64,000 nt of DNA, taken from the NCBI GenBank assembly GCA_011364985.1, contig RDOC01000004.1, positions 96,001-160,000 on the forward strand, given 5' to 3'. The notes under the pieces were generated by a model. It did not search any database and was not told the DNA's origin. It was given only the letters and a program-made list of their open reading frames with translations. Of this stretch, positions 58,850 through 64,000 are shown one piece after another; within the stretch, counting starts at the first letter, position 1, and each line of letters begins with the position of its first letter. A program made the translations under genes and the position numbers. Origin of the DNA: Candidatus Thorarchaeota archaeon. Its GTDB lineage: Archaea; Asgardarchaeota; Thorarchaeia; Thorarchaeales; Thorarchaeaceae.

Positions 58850-60760
58850 ATGAGCAATGCAAAATCCAGAATCGACAATCCTTGGCAATTTGCAAGGAGC
58901 AAGGTTGTAGACATTTTGGAGAAGGTGACACAGCTTGATCGTGAAAGTATTGCAGACAATCTTGAAACTCCACCTGATTCGTCTCTTGGTGATTTTGCTA
59001 CGACTCTCGCCTTTGGACTTGCTAAGGAGAAGAAGAAGAACCCAGCAAAGATAGCGGAGGATATTGCAAAGGAGATTTCAGAGCTAAGCAAGACCGAAGC
59101 CTTACTGACTGCGGTGAAGCAGAAGGGGCCGTATATCAATTTCTATCTCTCACGCGGGGAGCTCGCAGATTTGACAGTGAAATCTGTACTGACCATGGAA
59201 ACAGCATACGGCAATTCGGATGAGTACAAGGGACTCCGGGCACTAATTGAATCACCTGCTGTGAATCCGTCAAAGCCTTGGCACATTGGTCATGCAAGGA
59301 ACGCAGTAATTGGAGATACATTGGCAAACATGTTGGAGGCAGTTGGATATGCTGTGCTACGAATGGATTACATCAATGACTTGGGCCTTCAGATTGCTCA
59401 GCTTGTATGGAAGTTGAAGGATGCGGAAGGACCAGAATCCAATGAGAAATATGACCATTACTTGGGTCGACTCTACGTGGGTGTCAATGAGACATTTGAG
59501 TCAAACGAACGAGTTGAGGAGCAAGTTAGAGAAGTCAGCCGCAGATTAGAGGATCTCAAGTCGAAAGAGGCCAAAAGAAGCGACAAGATGGTTTCAGATT
59601 GTGTGGAGGCACAAAGTCAAACAGCATACCGATTGAACATCTATCATGATTACCATATATGGGAGAGCATGATTGCTTACAGCGGACTGCTCGAACAGGC
59701 TAAAGAGATGATGCTCAAATGTGACAACATTTTCATTCCGGATGAAGGCGATAAGAAAGATTGTGTAATAGCAGACCTGACTGCTATTGACGAGTTTAAG
59801 GACATGAAAGAACCCAACAAGGTTCTATTTAGGTCGGACGGGACACGGACCTATACGGGAGCTGACGTTGCCTTCCAGATGTGGAAGTTCGGAATAATAG
59901 AGGATCCATTCACATACAGCCTTTTTGAAGAACAGCCGAATGACAAACCAGTTTATCGTACAAAGTTTGGGGGCAAGAAACACGACCTTGGAAAGGTCAA
60001 TCTTGTTTTCAACGTAATAGGGTCTGGCCAGGCACATCCTCAAAGACTGGTATATTCCATAATGGATCTGTTGGGATACCATGAACAAGCTAAGAATTCA
60101 CACCATGTTGCCTACGAGTTTGTTGGTCTTGAAGAGGCTGATTTCTCAGGGCGAAAGGGAACATGGAGAGGATATTCCTGTGACGATGTACTAGACAAGG
60201 CAAGAGAGCTTGCCAAGAAAGAAGTGAGCAAGAGGAATCCAGATGAGAGTGATGCCTTCAAGAACCATGTTGCAGAACAGATCGGCACGGGAGCAGTCAG
60301 ATATCGCCTTCTGAATGCTTCGCCTGACAGAAGAATAACATTCAGATGGGAGGATGCCCTTGATTTCAATGGAGATGCAGCCCCCTATTTGCAGTACTCC
60401 TGTGCGAGAGCCTCAAGAATACTCGAACGCGCTGTTGAGGATGAATCAGCTGACCTATCGCTCTTGAATACCAACGAGGAATTTGCTCTAGTCAAAGCCA
60501 TAGCACGATTTCCTGAAGAAGTCCTTGGTGTGATCCAGGGCATGACAAAGCAGGTTTGGGGAACAAGTTTCAGCACCAACAGAATGACAGCATATTGCTA
60601 TAATCTAGCAACTTTGTTCAGTCGATTCTATGATTCATGCCCCGTGTTAAAGTCCGAACCAGATTTCAGAGCCGCACGGCTTCAGCTTGTACAAGCTTTC
60701 AGAATAACCATGAGCAACTGCCTACGTCTTCTGGGAATTCCAGTGGTAGAAAGAATGTGA
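58850..60760 (+). CDS. argS: arginyl-tRNA synthetase
   Basis: NPSKPWHIGHARNA.IGD, RSDGT.TY, FSGRKG, PYLQYS.ARA..IL, C-terminal ERM. Confidence 0.95.
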   Translation: MSNAKSRIDNPWQFARSKVVDILEKVTQLDRESIADNLETPPDSSLGDFATTLAFGLAKEKKKNPAKIAEDIAKEISELSKTEALLTAVKQKGPYINFYLSRGELADLTVKSVLTMETAYGNSDEYKGLRALIESPAVNPSKPWHIGHARNAVIGDTLANMLEAVGYAVLRMDYINDLGLQIAQLVWKLKDAEGPESNEKYDHYLGRLYVGVNETFESNERVEEQVREVSRRLEDLKSKEAKRSDKMVSDCVEAQSQTAYRLNIYHDYHIWESMIAYSGLLEQAKEMMLKCDNIFIPDEGDKKDCVIADLTAIDEFKDMKEPNKVLFRSDGTRTYTGADVAFQMWKFGIIEDPFTYSLFEEQPNDKPVYRTKFGGKKHDLGKVNLVFNVIGSGQAHPQRLVYSIMDLLGYHEQAKNSHHVAYEFVGLEEADFSGRKGTWRGYSCDDVLDKARELAKKEVSKRNPDESDAFKNHVAEQIGTGAVRYRLLNASPDRRITFRWEDALDFNGDAAPYLQYSCARASRILERAVEDESADLSLLNTNEEFALVKAIARFPEEVLGVIQGMTKQVWGTSFSTNRMTAYCYNLATLFSRFYDSCPVLKSEPDFRAARLQLVQAFRITMSNCLRLLGIPVVERM

Positions 60761-62110
60761 TTAACCAGACGTGATCTTGGCGCTCTCAATGACAATGGAC
60801 GGGGCAATCACACTGCCAATTGATCGTGTGTCCCCACCGATTCTTGTTGCACGCAAAAGGACGTCGCGCATGTTGATGCCAATTAGCGTGTTCTTCAGAG
60901 AATGCTGAATCTCGCCATTCTCAAAATAGAGCCCCTCCATCACCATAGCACTTAGGTCTCCAGTAGTCATATTCGGACGGTCACCTGTGTTTCGGCAGAT
61001 AATGCCCCTCTCTGTTTCTTCAACCAAATCGTCAAGGCTTCCTTTTCCTTCAGATATTACAAAGTTGGAGGAGGAGATTGAGGGTGTGCCTGCATATGAG
61101 GGTCTACTAGCATTGGCCGTATTTTCTACATGCTCTTTGTTTGCAGTATACGAGTTGTGAAGAAGTCCCTTTAGAACTCCTTCAACAAGAACTTCAGTTC
61201 TTTGTGATGACACACCCTCGCAGTCGAAGGCGCGTGTCCCTAGGCCACCGGGAAGGAGACCATCATCCACGATTTCCAACTTGTCCGATGCGATCTCTTC
61301 GCCAATTGCATCGGCGATATATGACCGGCCATATTGAACCTCTTCAGCATTCACTGCTCCGGCAAATCCCTGACCAATGATGGTGCCGACAGCAAGCGGA
61401 GCAAGAATCACAGGCAAGTCATCACTCTTGATGATTTTTCCGCCAAGATTTCCGATCGCGTTGTGTGCAGAAGTGTATCCTATCCATTCAGGATCGATTT
61501 CAGAAAGATTTCTGGTCAGCTGGAATTCGTAGCTCGAAGTCTGATCTGTGCCTTCCTTTACAGTCGGATAGGTGTAGAGCCAAAGGGTAGTACCTCTTGC
61601 AGATCCTGCTATCCCAAGTGAGTTTACAATTGCTCTAAAATCTGATGAGGCAATAAGACGTGCTTCAATCGCCATCTTCATTTCCGAAAGCTCATTCTTT
61701 GTAGCATCAACTGCACGAAGAATAAGGGATGCTGCTTCCTCAGAAGAGAGCTGGTTGATCTTTTCATCAAAGAGCCCAGACACAGTAGGGTATCTCCCTC
61801 CAGATCTTGGCAGGCTTTCAAAGTCAGGGTCCTCTATTGAGGAGCGAGCTAGACGGACTGACTTCTCTGCTGCTTCAGATATATCCTCATCTTGAAGTGT
61901 TGTGACGTAGGCAAATCCAATTCCTTTTCCGATTACAGAGCGGATTCCACAACCTGCATCCCTCTTGTTTCGTGCCGACTTAATTGCGTTGTTTTGGACA
62001 TCGATGGAGAATGACTTCGAAGAGCCAATATAGACCTCTGCTTGCTCAGCACCAAGAGCCTCTGCCTTCTTGATGGCACTTTCAGCCAAGTCAAGTAATT
62101 GGGATTCCAT
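60761..62110 (-). CDS. pmbA: TldE/PmbA family protein
   Basis: FDCEGV, G.L...LHNSYTA, T.NA.R, TGD.S. Confidence 0.88.
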   Translation of the reverse strand: MESQLLDLAESAIKKAEALGAEQAEVYIGSSKSFSIDVQNNAIKSARNKRDAGCGIRSVIGKGIGFAYVTTLQDEDISEAAEKSVRLARSSIEDPDFESLPRSGGRYPTVSGLFDEKINQLSSEEAASLILRAVDATKNELSEMKMAIEARLIASSDFRAIVNSLGIAGSARGTTLWLYTYPTVKEGTDQTSSYEFQLTRNLSEIDPEWIGYTSAHNAIGNLGGKIIKSDDLPVILAPLAVGTIIGQGFAGAVNAEEVQYGRSYIADAIGEEIASDKLEIVDDGLLPGGLGTRAFDCEGVSSQRTEVLVEGVLKGLLHNSYTANKEHVENTANASRPSYAGTPSISSSNFVISEGKGSLDDLVEETERGIICRNTGDRPNMTTGDLSAMVMEGLYFENGEIQHSLKNTLIGINMRDVLLRATRIGGDTRSIGSVIAPSIVIESAKITSG

Positions 62111-63496
62111 TTACATACCCCCAACTGGTACTTGACGGATTCTTGCATGTGGACCACCACTATTGTCCGGTACCATCTGACCATCCTTTCTACATGTGCC
62201 GGCTTCCATTTCAAAATCCTTTGCTACTGCATCGATCTTCGGCAAAATGTCCAAAATCTGCCCAGCCAGAGAAACATCCCGAACCATTTGTCCAATCTCG
62301 CCGTTCTCAATTAGATAGCCATGACTCGCCTGAAACATAAACTGGCCCTTGGAAGGTTCTGTATAACCATAGTTGAAATTGCATAGCAACATACCAGTTC
62401 CCATGTCCTGCATAAGTTCATCAACATCCCAATCGCCTGGTTCCATCATCGTGTTTGACATCCTTGGGAGGGGCTCGAACATAAACGACTGGGCTCTTCC
62501 AGCACCATTGGGCTCCATGCCCAAGCGTGATGCGGTTTCAAGTGTATGTAGTAATTCTCTAAGAATTCCGCCCTTGACAAGTAAACGTTTCTTAGTCTTT
62601 GTTCCCTCCCAGTCGAACTCATAAGTGCCTCTCTGTCCCTCCATTGTGGGATCATCGCTGAGGTTCAGATGTCCGGGACCGACCATTTTCCCGAGTTTGT
62701 CTTCTAAAACAGTGGTGTGTGCAGGCCAATTATCGGCTTCACATGCATGCCCAAACGCTTCATGAACCATAACTCCATTGAGAACTGGGTCCACTATGAC
62801 ATCATATGTCCCACCTTTTGCGGCAACAGAAGAAAGTAGGTCAATGGCGTTCCTTGCTGATTCTTCCCCTAGATTCTGAGGCCGCTCAAGGCTGTAGACT
62901 TCAAAACCACCACGAATCCCGAAGGACTTGAATGATCTTTGACGACTGCTACCGTCCTTGGCAGTTGATACTGATATCACTCTTGGAAGTGAGTTCTCCA
63001 TCCAAACACTTGTCCCAAATGAGTTTGCTGTATATCTCTCAGTCCATAAGTCTCCATAGACTGTTCGCGTGTTCACAATCCTTTTGTCAAAGCTTCGTGC
63101 TTGGTCATTAATCATCTTAACATAAGCCATCTTCTCTTCAAATGTGACATCCGCAAAGGGCACCTTGACCTTGAATCGAACCCTGTCTTTGAAGACTGGA
63201 CCTTCCATCTCAAACTTCTCAGCAACCTTGGTCTTTGTTGCAAGGGCCAATTTGCCAACAGATTCTCCCGTTTCTCTCATACCACCAGTAGTTAGATCGG
63301 TGGTCTGTGCAAAAGCCCATGCGCCATCAATGAAAGCGCGGATTCCAGCTCCTTTCAGCCTTGACGCAAGAGAATCCTTCGAAACGCCATCAGTGATTTC
63401 GATGATTGTTGTCACTGTATTCTCGATTCGTACATCAGCGAAGGTTGCTCCAACATCAAGAGCAGCATCAATGGCAGCTTGAGCAAGGTCTTCCAT
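62111..63496 (-). CDS. tldD: TldD family metalloprotease
   Basis: HEAFGHACEAD, D.EG, PRMSNT, C.KDGQ.VP...GGPH. Confidence 0.92.
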   Translation of the reverse strand: MEDLAQAAIDAALDVGATFADVRIENTVTTIIEITDGVSKDSLASRLKGAGIRAFIDGAWAFAQTTDLTTGGMRETGESVGKLALATKTKVAEKFEMEGPVFKDRVRFKVKVPFADVTFEEKMAYVKMINDQARSFDKRIVNTRTVYGDLWTERYTANSFGTSVWMENSLPRVISVSTAKDGSSRQRSFKSFGIRGGFEVYSLERPQNLGEESARNAIDLLSSVAAKGGTYDVIVDPVLNGVMVHEAFGHACEADNWPAHTTVLEDKLGKMVGPGHLNLSDDPTMEGQRGTYEFDWEGTKTKKRLLVKGGILRELLHTLETASRLGMEPNGAGRAQSFMFEPLPRMSNTMMEPGDWDVDELMQDMGTGMLLCNFNYGYTEPSKGQFMFQASHGYLIENGEIGQMVRDVSLAGQILDILPKIDAVAKDFEMEAGTCRKDGQMVPDNSGGPHARIRQVPVGGM

Positions 63497-63677
63497 GGAA
63501 AAATCCCCTCTGAAGTTGAACAATGCGGCTTTCTATTCGATTATAACTTATGCGGACAGGGAAATTTTGCCAGCAGCATGTCTGAAAGAATTCTGAAAGG
63601 CATAAAGGTACTAATACCGAGGTTATACACACGTTATTCTGTGATATGTCAGTCATCATTACAATGGAGGAAGCTAC

Positions 63678-64000
63678 GTGAGCCTAGATTCTGCACATCT
63701 GTGTTGTCAAAAATGCAATCAGAACAGAGCCAGTCATCTCTGTGAAGATTGCGGGAGCATTTTTTGCAACACCTGCATAGAAAGCAGAAACAACGATTAC
63801 ATGATGTGCAAGGACTGTCACTACCCAATTGATAACTCTTCTCAAGGAGAAGAGATTCTAGAGTGCCCCGAGTGTGGTTCCAAAAATCTAACTAAAGCGC
63901 GAAGAACCGAGGATATCTGCCCTCAATGCCATTCTGGTAAAATCACATTAGTGGAGGAAAAGAGGCGTTCACTTGCACAAGAAATGCGCCATGCTGTGAT
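63678..64000 (+). CDS. 3'-truncated multi-zinc-finger (B-box-like) protein
   Basis: GTG after GGAGG; CQKC..CEDC...CNTC..CKDC..CPEC..CPQC; not in the ORF track because it runs off the window. Confidence 0.7.
   Translation, partial: MSLDSAHLCCQKCNQNRASHLCEDCGSIFCNTCIESRNNDYMMCKDCHYPIDNSSQGEEILECPECGSKNLTKARRTEDICPQCHSGKITLVEEKRRSLAQEMRHAV

Overview
Gene-dense archaeal chromosome segment, most likely an Asgard archaeon (probably Thorarchaeia; this is an inference). The evidence is S26e and L13e, class I LysRS, archaeal CCA enzyme, TFB, aIF5A, NOB1, DGGGP synthase, and several eukaryote-like folds (Bet3/V4R, longin/roadblock-like, alpha-SNAP-like, PCI-like, Yip1). Most of the window is housekeeping. 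The notable region is about 34.5-45.6 kb. It holds a tRNA-Leu(CAG) with a 30-nt intron at a non-canonical site, a decayed cbiQO transporter next to nikR, and an 8-8.6 kb element that has broken a minus-strand tRNA-His gene into three collinear pieces (45539-45501, 37474-37462, 36876-36855). The element carries an IS607-type tnpA remnant, a 1774-aa PD-(D/E)xK nuclease-like protein and an unusually large (721-aa) TnpB/Cas12-like RuvC nuclease. The tnpB 3' end forms a pseudoknotted omegaRNA-like scaffold followed directly by 13 nt matching the old tRNA-His anticodon arm. An intact, inverted tRNA-His copy with compensatory stem changes at the predicted TAM/guide positions lies beside it. Together this suggests an RNA-guided 'cleave-and-rescue' element targeting tRNA-His (a hypothesis, not tested).
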